Shown in pieces: positions 7,006 to 14,829 of a DNA stretch of 50,865 bases (its first letter is position 1; each line of letters starts with the position of its first letter). The notes below the pieces were generated by a model. That model was not told the DNA's origin, did not search any database, and saw only the letters and a list, made by a program, of their open reading frames with translations. Source of the stretch: a virus; the IMG/VR virus record IMGVR_UViG_3300045988_090630, one strand, 5' to 3'. The translations under genes and the position numbers were made by a program.

Positions 7006-7287
7006 TTAGATGTCGTTCGTTTCGTGTGCCTTTTTGTTCAGGTGCTTCTCCAGCTTGTCGAGCGCATCCTTGCACGGGCCATTGCAGCCCTGCTCGATCA
7101 AGCCCTGCAGGGCACCTTTCAGGCCGTAGCAGAGCAGTGTCTGCTCGTCCTCGATGGACTTGATGAAGTCGCTCTGCTTGCGGTTGATCTGAAAGACCTT
7201 GTAGACGGCCACGATCACACCGATGATCACGCCGATGGACGAGATCACCGATGCGGCTCTGATTACGGTGTCGAGGTCAATGTACAT
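7006..7287 (-). CDS. Small membrane protein (93 aa), possible holin or lysis accessory
   Basis: Internal ATG at 7287 (MYIDLDTVIRAASVISSIGVIIGVIVAVY...) after GGAGGTGGAGG. Has a single TM segment. Confidence 0.55.
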   Translation of the reverse strand: MYIDLDTVIRAASVISSIGVIIGVIVAVYKVFQINRKQSDFIKSIEDEQTLLCYGLKGALQGLIEQGCNGPCKDALDKLEKHLNKKAHETNDI

Positions 7288-7486
7288 CTTCCTCCACCTC
7301 CCCTCTGGCCGGACTGGGCAGAACGGCAGAACAGGCGCACTCAATGTCGTGCAGCGATTCTTCCTCGGCTGCAACGGCACCCAACTGCTGAAGCTGTTCG
7401 TTCTGCGCCTTGGCGATGCGGAGAAGGGTCGCCACGGCATCGACTAAAAAGTCGATGAGTTCCAGCCCGCCAGAGGAGTTAGGCAT
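7277..7486 (-). CDS. Hypothetical protein (69 aa)
   Basis: Track ORF. Its start overlaps the stop of the XkdX-like gene, and its stop overlaps the next start. Confidence 0.45.
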   Translation of the reverse strand: MPNSSGGLELIDFLVDAVATLLRIAKAQNEQLQQLGAVAAEEESLHDIECACSAVLPSPARGEVEEDVH

Positions 7487-7628
7487 CCTTGTAATCCTCG
7501 CCAGTGATGGTTTTGTAGTCGTCCTCGGTGATGGTGCCCTTTTTGACGCGGGCTGCGATGCCAGCCTTGGTCAGACGACCGTGTTCATAGAGGCGGGACA
7601 GGCTCTCAACTAAAGTAGTAGCAGTCAT
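7479..7628 (-). CDS. XkdX-like small phage protein (49 aa), absent from the ORF track
   Basis: Hand translation gives MTATTLVESLSRLYEHGRLTKAGIAARVKKGTITEDDYKTITGEDYKDA. The ...ITxxDYxxITG motif is typical of XkdX. Confidence 0.65.
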   Translation of the reverse strand: MTATTLVESLSRLYEHGRLTKAGIAARVKKGTITEDDYKTITGEDYKDA

Positions 7629-7630
7629 AA

Positions 7631-7894
7631 TTACAAAACCCCCTGTTCGATCAGCTGCATGGTGTAGTCGTCAATGGCCTTGCTGGTGTCGATCTCGGTG
7701 ATCGATGCCAGCATCTGATACTCGGAGAACGTGATCTCCCGGCTCTCGCACTTGTAGTCGGTGTAGGCCGGAGTGCCGTCCTGTTCGGGATGCTCCACGG
7801 CGGTGATGTTGCGCCGCTGGATGTAGGTCTCCGGGCCGATGATCTGGAGTTCTTCAGGCTGACTGGAGCATACTTCGGGTACCCAAGGTTTCAT
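7631..7894 (-). CDS. Hypothetical acidic protein (87 aa) in an XkdW-like position
   Basis: Track ORF. The call rests on position only. It overlaps the RT 3' end by 41 nt. Confidence 0.45.
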   Translation of the reverse strand: MKPWVPEVCSSQPEELQIIGPETYIQRRNITAVEHPEQDGTPAYTDYKCESREITFSEYQMLASITEIDTSKAIDDYTMQLIEQGVL

Positions 7895-9008
7895 GGTTCT
7901 TTTTCCTCCGATCTAATTTTGAGATGATTTCTTTGAGCTTGCCGATCTTCACGTTCGGTTTGATCCTGCGCTTGAAGCACTCGTAGGTGTCGGTGCAGGA
8001 AAACCAGCCCATGTAGCTCAGCATGGCTGCGATGTTGTGGCGGCAGTAGCTACGCCCTGCCTCTTTCGCCTTGTGGAGGTGCCGGGCCGTCTGTGTGGCC
8101 TTGAGCATGATCCGCTTGCGAATGATGGTCTTGTCCCGGTAAAATACAAAGCCCATAAAATCCAGAGGTCGGCCCATTGCTTTCCGCTTGCCCTGATAGA
8201 AGAACTTGCAGACCTGCCTGTTCTTCTTCAGCTTCAAACGGAACCGCTGCCCCAGCATCTTTCGGATCTGAACGTCGGCATTGTGCAGGGCTTTCTTGGC
8301 CGCTGCATAAATTGTCACGTCGTCCATGTACCGCACGAGTTTGTCGAGGCCGAGAGTCTCGGTTATCAACTTGTCGAGCGGCTCCAGCAGGTAGTTGGCC
8401 AGCCATTGCGAAATGTAGAACCCCAGCGGGATGCCCTTTTTGAACTCCCGGAGACACAGCCAGATGACGTGGAGAAACCATTCATCCTTGATCCTGATTG
8501 CAAGCTCCCGCATCAAAACGTCCAGCCGGATGCTGTCGTAAAAATGCCGGATGTCAACTTTCAGGAAGTTCCGGGTCCCTTTCGGGTCTGAACGGAGCCA
8601 CTTCTCAATCCTCCGCTTGGCGTAATGTGCGCCGCGTTTCGGGAAGCTGCCGCAGCTGTACTTGTATGCGGTGCCGGTGATGATCGGCTCCAACACCAGC
8701 ACGATGATGTGGTGCAGCCATTGTTCGTGGATCTCCGGCTCAAAGATCTTCCGAATCTTACCGTGTTCGTAGATGATCTTCGGGGTGTGCTTATGGGGCT
8801 TGAATCCGAGTTTCGGGTTCTGGACTTCTACTCCATCGGGTTTGGTGTTCAAAATCATATCGTGCATCTTCTGAACTTCGTCGTCCAGATGGGCATCGAT
8901 ATACTTTACCTCCGCTCGGCGTGTTTTGCCTTTCCGAAGGTTCTTGTATGCCTTGCGGATTGTTTTCTCCGAAAGCATTGCTTGATACAGATACTTGTAC
9001 TCTTTCAA
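7854..9008 (-). CDS. DGR-type reverse transcriptase (384 aa)
   Basis: IPLGFYISQWLAN ([ILV]GxxxSQ signature) and VRYMDDVTIY (YxDD). Lies 223 nt downstream of the TR. Apparent TTG start. Confidence 0.9.
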   Translation of the reverse strand: MKEYKYLYQAMLSEKTIRKAYKNLRKGKTRRAEVKYIDAHLDDEVQKMHDMILNTKPDGVEVQNPKLGFKPHKHTPKIIYEHGKIRKIFEPEIHEQWLHHIIVLVLEPIITGTAYKYSCGSFPKRGAHYAKRRIEKWLRSDPKGTRNFLKVDIRHFYDSIRLDVLMRELAIRIKDEWFLHVIWLCLREFKKGIPLGFYISQWLANYLLEPLDKLITETLGLDKLVRYMDDVTIYAAAKKALHNADVQIRKMLGQRFRLKLKKNRQVCKFFYQGKRKAMGRPLDFMGFVFYRDKTIIRKRIMLKATQTARHLHKAKEAGRSYCRHNIAAMLSYMGWFSCTDTYECFKRRIKPNVKIGKLKEIISKLDRRKKNHETLGTRSMLQSA

Positions 9009-9231
9009 CTTGTACGCCTATAAGATATTCTTTCTTCTATCTCCTGCACCCGGCAGGTGCGACCGCTTTACCGGGTGCCCTGTATCGGACCTATTTCCAC
9101 TCATCTTTCCAGTTATGGCGAGTAAGCCGTATTTCAACGGTCAGCGGTGTAGGCTGCGCCCATCATGGCGCAGTGCATAAAATGCAGAGTGCGGCGGCTT
9201 TGGCGTAGGATGTAGATTGCAGATAGAATCA
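9009..9231 (-). ncRNA. Non-coding spacer between TR and RT, expected to be part of the DGR template RNA
   Basis: No credible ORF. Two hairpins: CTGCGCC / GGCGCAG (9154-9173) and GCACCCGG / CCGGGTGC (9046-9078). Confidence 0.5.
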
Positions 9232-9337
9232 GGCCGAGCCGATGTTCCAGTTCGCGTTGCCAGCGTCATTGTTCAGATTGATGCACCGAGGCCCCGTATT
9301 GGTGCCATTGTTGCAATTACCGAACCGTAGGCCCACC
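9232..9337 (-). repeat. DGR template repeat (TR), 106 bp
   Basis: Aligns ungapped with 9489-9594. All 15 mismatches are at TR adenines in the coding sense. In the VR frame the variable sites are AAY codons. Confidence 0.92.
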
Positions 9338-9403
9338 GAAGGTGACGCCGCCGCACTCCCCTTATTTATTTTTCAAAAATGAATAAGCTGTATTTGCTCC
9401 ACT

Positions 9404-9432
9404 GGGGGAGTTGCGCTTTGCAGCGCACCCCC
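9404..9432 (-). promoter_or_regulatory. GC-rich hairpin just downstream of VR and the target stop codon
   Basis: GGGGG..TGCGC / GCGCA CCCCC. A second element, CCCC-CTGC-GGGG, lies at about 9436-9448. Confidence 0.5.
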
Positions 9433-9452
9433 AGACCCCCCTGCGGGGCGGT

Positions 9453-10700
9453 TTACACCGCCACGCCTACAGGTGGTAACAGGAGAATGGCCGAGCCGAT
9501 GTACCAGTCCGCGTAGCCAGCGTCAACGTCCAGATCGAGGCACCGAGGCCCCGTACCGGTGCCATCGGAGCAAGCACCGAACCGTAGGCCCACCTTTGTG
9601 CCTTCGGCATGGTAATAGACACCGTCGCAGCCGCCGAGGACGGTACTGCCGTTGAACGGCTCGATTGCAACGGCTCCGAAACCGGGCACCGTGGTGTAGT
9701 GGGAGGGGTAGTCCCATTTGTCCTGATCGGTGGTCGGCAGGACGATGCCGGTGTTGTGGTAGGTCGCCCCGGTCACGTCGTAGGTGTAGTTCTTGCTGAC
9801 CTTGTAGTCGCCGTTCACCAGCAGGGTGTACGGATCGCGCATCCACTGCTGGTAGCTGCCCAGCACGATGGAGTGGAAGATCTTATTCAGGCTCTTCTGG
9901 TCGGTGGTGGCGTAGAACTGGCCACCGCCCACCACGGCGTTCTGCTTGACACCCATGGTCGGGGTCAGGCTCTGGTCGTAGCCGGAGCAGTTGCCGTATC
10001 CGAACACGTCCTGAATGTTGGAGTTCTTGCCGAACATGAGCAGCAGGTCTGCGATGGTCTCGACGATTGCGCCGCCGAGGAACTTGGCACGGTTGCCGAC
10101 CGCATCGATGGCGGTTTTCTGGGCGGCTGTGGTCTTGTTGTAGTCGGGCTGGAGACCGGACAGGGAGCGCATCTTGTCCTCGACGATGGAGCCGTAGAAC
10201 ATGGGCAGCCATACGCCCTCCAGTTCCTTGTTGTCCGGGTCGATGAAACCGACAGGCTCGTAACCCTCCCGCTTGGTCAGACTGAACTTCACGATGCGAT
10301 CATCGCCGACGACGGTCTCGTTCTTGTAGATCTTCTGGAGCCAGCTGAATGCGCCGCCGTCGTAGGAGGTGTTGGCCACGTCCGAAGCGGAGCCGTCGCT
10401 GTACTTTTTGGAGTAGTCGTTGTCCTGAAGGCGGTAGTCCGGGGTGCCGTCCGAACGGACCATGTAGGGCTTGTTGGCTTCCAGAATCTCAAAACCAGCC
10501 CAGTCGTTCAGGGAGATGCTGCCGTTGGTGTTGCGGCTCACCGGGGTGAAGTTCTTATTCAGACCGATGTACTCGATGCGCTGCGTCGGGCTGAGAATGT
10601 TCATGTGTTCGATGAAGCCGTAGATCGGATCGACCGCCAGAATATTGTAGATCTTGTCCAGCGTTTCCTTGTCGGCGATATAGACTTTTTCTCCTGCCAT
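9453..10700 (-). CDS. Tail fibre / receptor-binding protein, the DGR target, with a C-terminal variable region
   Basis: Sits in the tail-fibre position after the baseplate genes. The last ~50 aa (…LRFGACSDGTGTGPRCLDLDVDAGYADWYIGSA…) are encoded by the VR. Confidence 0.85.
   Translation of the reverse strand: MAGEKVYIADKETLDKIYNILAVDPIYGFIEHMNILSPTQRIEYIGLNKNFTPVSRNTNGSISLNDWAGFEILEANKPYMVRSDGTPDYRLQDNDYSKKYSDGSASDVANTSYDGGAFSWLQKIYKNETVVGDDRIVKFSLTKREGYEPVGFIDPDNKELEGVWLPMFYGSIVEDKMRSLSGLQPDYNKTTAAQKTAIDAVGNRAKFLGGAIVETIADLLLMFGKNSNIQDVFGYGNCSGYDQSLTPTMGVKQNAVVGGGQFYATTDQKSLNKIFHSIVLGSYQQWMRDPYTLLVNGDYKVSKNYTYDVTGATYHNTGIVLPTTDQDKWDYPSHYTTVPGFGAVAIEPFNGSTVLGGCDGVYYHAEGTKVGLRFGACSDGTGTGPRCLDLDVDAGYADWYIGSAILLLPPVGVAV
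9489..9594 (-). repeat. DGR variable repeat (VR), 106 bp, inside the target gene 3' end
   Basis: 91 of 106 positions identical to the TR. Differences occur only opposite TR adenines. Confidence 0.92.
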
Positions 10701-11251
10701 TATTCCGTTACCTCCTGAAAATAAATAAGGCCGTTGTCGATGCCGATGATGTACTTCTTGCCGGTGGTGTCATCATAGGCGTACTGCTTGTTCGGCATAT
10801 GGATCTTGACGTCCTTGGCGTTGCTGACCTCCAGCAAGAAGTCGATGGTGATCGTGGACGGCAGCAGGTCGTTGAAAGCGGGCATATAGTCCCACTGGTC
10901 CGTTTCTGCGATGGCGAGTGCGTAGAGAATCTCACCCTCATCCGGGTCGGTGGCGAAGATGCCGATCTCCTTGACGTAGTAGCCGTTCTTCAGGTCGCCG
11001 CTGTCCTGATGGTTCGACATGATGAACTTCACAAAGACGTTGGTGGTATTCTGAACGGTGGTCGTGATCAGGGGGAAGGTCTGCTTCTGCGACTTGAGGG
11101 CGGTGCGGGTGGTGAGATCCTCGCCGCTCGCATAGCTGCCGTCACCTGCTGCCGCTTTGGTCAGTTTGATGGTGCAGCGTCCGGCCTGTGCCTTGGCGAG
11201 AAGGGCGATGCCCTTTTTCGTCAAAACGGATTCCTTGAAAATTCCGGCCAT
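10700..11251 (-). CDS. Tail-collar / short tail-fibre N-terminal-domain protein (183 aa)
   Basis: The ATG at 11251 follows AGGAGG. MAGIFKESVLTKKGIALLAKAQAG...KLTKAAAGDG resembles P2 gpH / tail-collar N-termini. Confidence 0.6.
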   Translation of the reverse strand: MAGIFKESVLTKKGIALLAKAQAGRCTIKLTKAAAGDGSYASGEDLTTRTALKSQKQTFPLITTTVQNTTNVFVKFIMSNHQDSGDLKNGYYVKEIGIFATDPDEGEILYALAIAETDQWDYMPAFNDLLPSTITIDFLLEVSNAKDVKIHMPNKQYAYDDTTGKKYIIGIDNGLIYFQEVTE

Positions 11252-11265
11252 TGTGGTACCTCCTG

Positions 11266-12261
11266 TCAAAGAATGATGGTGTGTGAATTGGCTGCGGCGG
11301 CTGCCGGGACACTCTGCGCAGCGAGGGCTTTCAACTCGACATTGTTGAAATTGTTGAGAATGCGAACGGTGCGGCTCTCAACAAAAAACGCCGAGGTGAC
11401 GGTCTGCGCTGCTGCGTTGCCCCGCTGCCGGGATGCAGCGTGGTTCAGGATGTTTGTGCTGGGAGCCGAAAAGCCGCCAGCGGGGATAAATACTGCACCC
11501 TGCGCTGCTGTGGTGCGGGCGGGGGTGTGGTTGTAGATATGGGCTGCCGGGGCCGCTGCCATTGCTGCAGCGGAGGTCTCCACGAGATCTGCGTTCCCGG
11601 TTCTGCCCTGCGGGTGGTTGGTGATCGCTGTGGACGGTGCAGCGGCGATGGCTGCTGCCGTCAATTCCTGAAGGCTGCCGCTGGCCATGGCCTTGTGATG
11701 GTTCAGCACCGGGCGGTGCGGTTCCGAAAGAGACCCGGCTGCAGCGTACATCTGCATCTTCTCGTGTCGCTCGATCAGGATTCTGCGGATGTGGGAGCGG
11801 ACGTTCTTTACCCGCTTGACCACCCGCGTGAAAAAGGTGGCGGCATCCGGGGTCAACTGGCCGCTGGTCACAATGTCGAACGTGCCAGGCTCCCTCGGTT
11901 CCTCGGTGAAGTCCGGCCACTCGACCACATCGCCCTCTCCGAAGACTGCCTGAATCAATTCCTCGACCGCTGACACGGTTCCGGCTCTCGCTGCCCACAG
12001 GAAACTCTTTTTGATGATTTCCCGCTTGGCATCGACGCTCAGACTGTCGACGTAGTAAGGTGTGCGGAGTTCCACGGCCAGAACGTCCAGAATGCTCTCC
12101 GGCAGGTCATCAATGACGGACATGGTCCGGGTCTGGGCCAGTTCCTGCATGATGCGCCGCTTCTCCTGCAATATGGCGTAGGAGAAAGCGATCACCTCCG
12201 GGTCGTACCTATAGGCATTGTTGAGCAGGTCGGTGATCTGGCCGTTGTAGAGATCAGTCAT
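11266..12261 (-). CDS. Baseplate protein, P2 gpI-like, with a repetitive C-terminal extension
   Basis: Follows the gpJ-like gene. The N-terminal ~170 aa look gpI-like. The C-terminus has about 5 repeats of a ~30-aa unit starting [IV]xNH. Confidence 0.65.
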   Translation of the reverse strand: MTDLYNGQITDLLNNAYRYDPEVIAFSYAILQEKRRIMQELAQTRTMSVIDDLPESILDVLAVELRTPYYVDSLSVDAKREIIKKSFLWAARAGTVSAVEELIQAVFGEGDVVEWPDFTEEPREPGTFDIVTSGQLTPDAATFFTRVVKRVKNVRSHIRRILIERHEKMQMYAAAGSLSEPHRPVLNHHKAMASGSLQELTAAAIAAAPSTAITNHPQGRTGNADLVETSAAAMAAAPAAHIYNHTPARTTAAQGAVFIPAGGFSAPSTNILNHAASRQRGNAAAQTVTSAFFVESRTVRILNNFNNVELKALAAQSVPAAAAANSHTIIL

Positions 12262-13408
12262 CTTCCAGCCCTCCGTATACGATGTTGACGGTTCCGGGCT
12301 GCGCTGCCTCTGTGGTCGAGACCACCGTGAATGCCGGGGAGCGGATCACTGCCCGCTTTGCTCCGGCTGCCCGGATGCGGTGTTCCAGCTCGCTGGGGTT
12401 GATGTCCTTTCCGATGTCGCTGCGCTGCCACAAGACGTAGGCGTTCACGGCTTCGGTCACCTCGTTCTGGATGGTGGCCGCCTGTGCCATGTCGCTGCGG
12501 TTGATGTAGTAGGTCACGTCGACGTTGAAGGTCTGGACTGCCGGAGCAGAGCAGGTGACGTTGTCCGTGATGGGCCGGATCGTCTTGGAGTTCAGGGATT
12601 CCTGAAGCCCTTTCAGAAATCCGCTGCTGGGAAGAGTGCCGTCCTTCATCAGGGCGTAGATCACGACCTTGCACGGCTCCGGGGAAAACGGGACAACGTC
12701 ACCCACCTCGGTGCTGTAGGTCTTTGCCCAGTAGATGTAAGACCCCTCAGACCCGGCGGTCGATTCCGAATCCGGGGCGAGGAAGATTCGCTCGGCGAGG
12801 CTCTCGTCTGTTTCGAGGTTTGCGCCGCCGCCGCTCTCGGTCACATTGGAGACGCTCTCCACATAGGCCACCGGGTCCACGATGGTGGAGATCTGACCGG
12901 GCATATAGCCATTGCCAGTGATGCCCTCCACGGTGCAGGTGGCCCGAATGTCTACGCTCTCTTTCCCGGCCTCGACCTCGCCATATTCTGAGGTGGCGAA
13001 GTATACGCCGTCGCCGTTGGTGACGCGGGTTCCGGCTGGGATGCCGATGGCGTAGCCTCTCGGCTCCGAAAGGGTGAAGCGGATAGTCGTGGTCGCTGCT
13101 TTCGGCTGCTGCCGAATTACGCCGCGGTTGCCGCCGAGGTTGTCCAGAAATTCGCCGTAGCTGTACTTGAGCAGATCCTGCTTGCCAGCCCGGTCGGCGT
13201 ACATCTCCAGCTGGTAAAGGTCCAGAGCGACGCTGTAGATCAGGATGCGCATCGGGTCTGCAGGTGCAAGACTGCGGCTCTTCCCGGTGACCTCATTGTA
13301 CTTTTTTTCGAAGTTGGAGACCATGCGGTTCATCATCGCGTCGACCGTGTCGTTGTCGATGAACGAGACCTCCGGGAGGTCGAAAACGGATTGCAGGGTA
13401 TCAGGCAA
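12254..13408 (-). CDS. Baseplate J-like protein
   Basis: Size, position and sequence character match P2 gpJ / XkdT. Confidence 0.8.
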   Translation of the reverse strand: MPDTLQSVFDLPEVSFIDNDTVDAMMNRMVSNFEKKYNEVTGKSRSLAPADPMRILIYSVALDLYQLEMYADRAGKQDLLKYSYGEFLDNLGGNRGVIRQQPKAATTTIRFTLSEPRGYAIGIPAGTRVTNGDGVYFATSEYGEVEAGKESVDIRATCTVEGITGNGYMPGQISTIVDPVAYVESVSNVTESGGGANLETDESLAERIFLAPDSESTAGSEGSYIYWAKTYSTEVGDVVPFSPEPCKVVIYALMKDGTLPSSGFLKGLQESLNSKTIRPITDNVTCSAPAVQTFNVDVTYYINRSDMAQAATIQNEVTEAVNAYVLWQRSDIGKDINPSELEHRIRAAGAKRAVIRSPAFTVVSTTEAAQPGTVNIVYGGLEDD

Positions 13409-13712
13409 GAGAACACACCACCTTTGCTTTCAGGCTGCCGCTCATCACGGCGACTTCGTCCGTGCCCTCGAAGCTTACCTCGCAGGAGTCGACTCGCGGC
13501 TCGTACTTTTCGATTTTCTCCATGATTTCCAGTGCCACTTCGTTCATGGCTACCTGCACCGGGTGAGATACGGAATCGTAGCTGATTCCGAAATCCCGGT
13601 AAAGCGGGCAGGTGCCCGCAGGGGTCAGGATGATGTTTCTCACGCACCGGGCGATGTCCTCCAGCTCGGTGCTGTCACCATCGAAGCTGATTTGTACGTC
13701 AGAGATCTGCAT
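13401..13712 (-). CDS. Baseplate wedge protein, gpW/gp25-like
   Basis: 103 aa. IARCVRNIILTPAGTCPLYRDFG motif. Lies just upstream of the J-like gene. Confidence 0.75.
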   Translation of the reverse strand: MQISDVQISFDGDSTELEDIARCVRNIILTPAGTCPLYRDFGISYDSVSHPVQVAMNEVALEIMEKIEKYEPRVDSCEVSFEGTDEVAVMSGSLKAKVVCSLA

Positions 13713-13725
13713 CGTATCCCTCCCA

Positions 13726-14121
13726 TCAAAGATATTCTTCCATCGTCAGGGTCATCTTTGCCTTGACGATCTCGCCCCGGCTGTAGACCACCTCATAGGC
13801 GGTTGAGGCATTGGTGATCTTCCAGCGGTGCTTTCCGACCCTCCGAAAGCCGATGACCAACATCTGCACGTCGCCTGTCTCGACGCAGTTGTTGATGTAG
13901 TCCATCATCAGCCGGGGCCTGACACCAAGCTCTGCATTGAGTTGGATGTCAAAGGTGATCTGTCCGAGGCCGGGGCGGATGAACTCGGATTGATCTTTCA
14001 GCCCCATGCGGCTGTGCGTGGCCCACACTGCGGAGGTCGTGCGCTTGAGGTTTTCCGGCGTAAGAACGCGCCGGTCGGAGGTCTGGAAAATCAGGCCGAG
14101 GCCCCAGTTTCCGATTATCAC
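13726..14121 (-). CDS. Tail/baseplate protein, possibly P2 GpU-like
   Basis: 131 aa. Loose resemblance to the GpU pattern (F..T...L.R....W..H.R.G...). The position is atypical. Confidence 0.45.
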   Translation of the reverse strand: MIIGNWGLGLIFQTSDRRVLTPENLKRTTSAVWATHSRMGLKDQSEFIRPGLGQITFDIQLNAELGVRPRLMMDYINNCVETGDVQMLVIGFRRVGKHRWKITNASTAYEVVYSRGEIVKAKMTLTMEEYL

Positions 14122-14139
14122 GGCAGATACCTCCTGCTT

Positions 14140-14829
14140 TTAGGGTATTGGTGGCGTTGTCGGGCTGGTCAAGCCCTGCGGAGTGTGCTTGTGCTGCTGC
14201 AGGCTGATCGTTCCAGCCTTGACATCGTTCGTTGCAGTAACTCCATCGTGGGTGGTGATCTGCTTTTCGACAAGCAAGGTCTTTTTGAGGGTGGTCTCTT
14301 TTTTGATCGTGACCTTTTCCAAGAATTCCACATCCGGGGCGTTGATGGTGATCTTCTTGCTGGCCATGATGGTCATGGTGCCATCCTTGTTGGCCTGAAT
14401 GGTGCAGCCGCCGACCTGAATCGTCCAGCTCTCAGTGGCTGTCACCTCGGCGGTGCCATCTATGGTCTGGCTGTATGCCTTGGCCCCGGCATCGTAGGTT
14501 TCGTTTGCGGTGCCCGGCTCGTTGGAGTATTCCTTGCGGTACACTCCCTCCCGGCCATCTGCTGGCTGGTAGTCGCCGTGCCACACCGGGCCGATGATCA
14601 CGCCAGCGCAGCTGCCGTTCGAGAGATGACCCACGAGAACCTGATCGCCGATTTTTGGCATCCAGTATTCCCATGCGAGGAACGGTAACTCCGATGTGGT
14701 GCTTCCGTCCTTGTCCTCGTAGGAAATTCTTGCAGTGCCCTCCGGGTAGTTGATGCTGCTGATCTTTCCGATGCGGAGGATATTGCTGTCGGCCACTGGA
14801 TCACCACCTCCTAGTTGGGGTTTATCCAC
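14140..14829 (-). CDS. Baseplate spike / assembly protein V-like
   Basis: An OB-like N-terminus (RIGKISSINYPEGTARISYED), then a beta-helix-like repeat region. Sits between the gpD-like and gpW-like genes. Confidence 0.7.
   Translation of the reverse strand: MDKPQLGGGDPVADSNILRIGKISSINYPEGTARISYEDKDGSTTSELPFLAWEYWMPKIGDQVLVGHLSNGSCAGVIIGPVWHGDYQPADGREGVYRKEYSNEPGTANETYDAGAKAYSQTIDGTAEVTATESWTIQVGGCTIQANKDGTMTIMASKKITINAPDVEFLEKVTIKKETTLKKTLLVEKQITTHDGVTATNDVKAGTISLQQHKHTPQGLTSPTTPPIP

Noticed and set aside
5511-7163. 550-aa + strand ORF. Similar cases: 24387..26027 (546 aa), 20727..22208 (493 aa), 26705..28150 (481 aa) and 38454..40007 (517 aa).
   Set aside because: All are antisense to recognisable lysis, capsid, sheath, portal or primase genes. 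They show the same G/A/R/V/D-rich shadow composition.
7631-7894. 87-aa ORF next to the RT considered as the DGR accessory protein Avd
   Set aside because: The protein is acidic, not obviously a basic four-helix bundle, and shorter than typical Avd. It sits in the XkdW-like slot followed by an XkdX-like gene.
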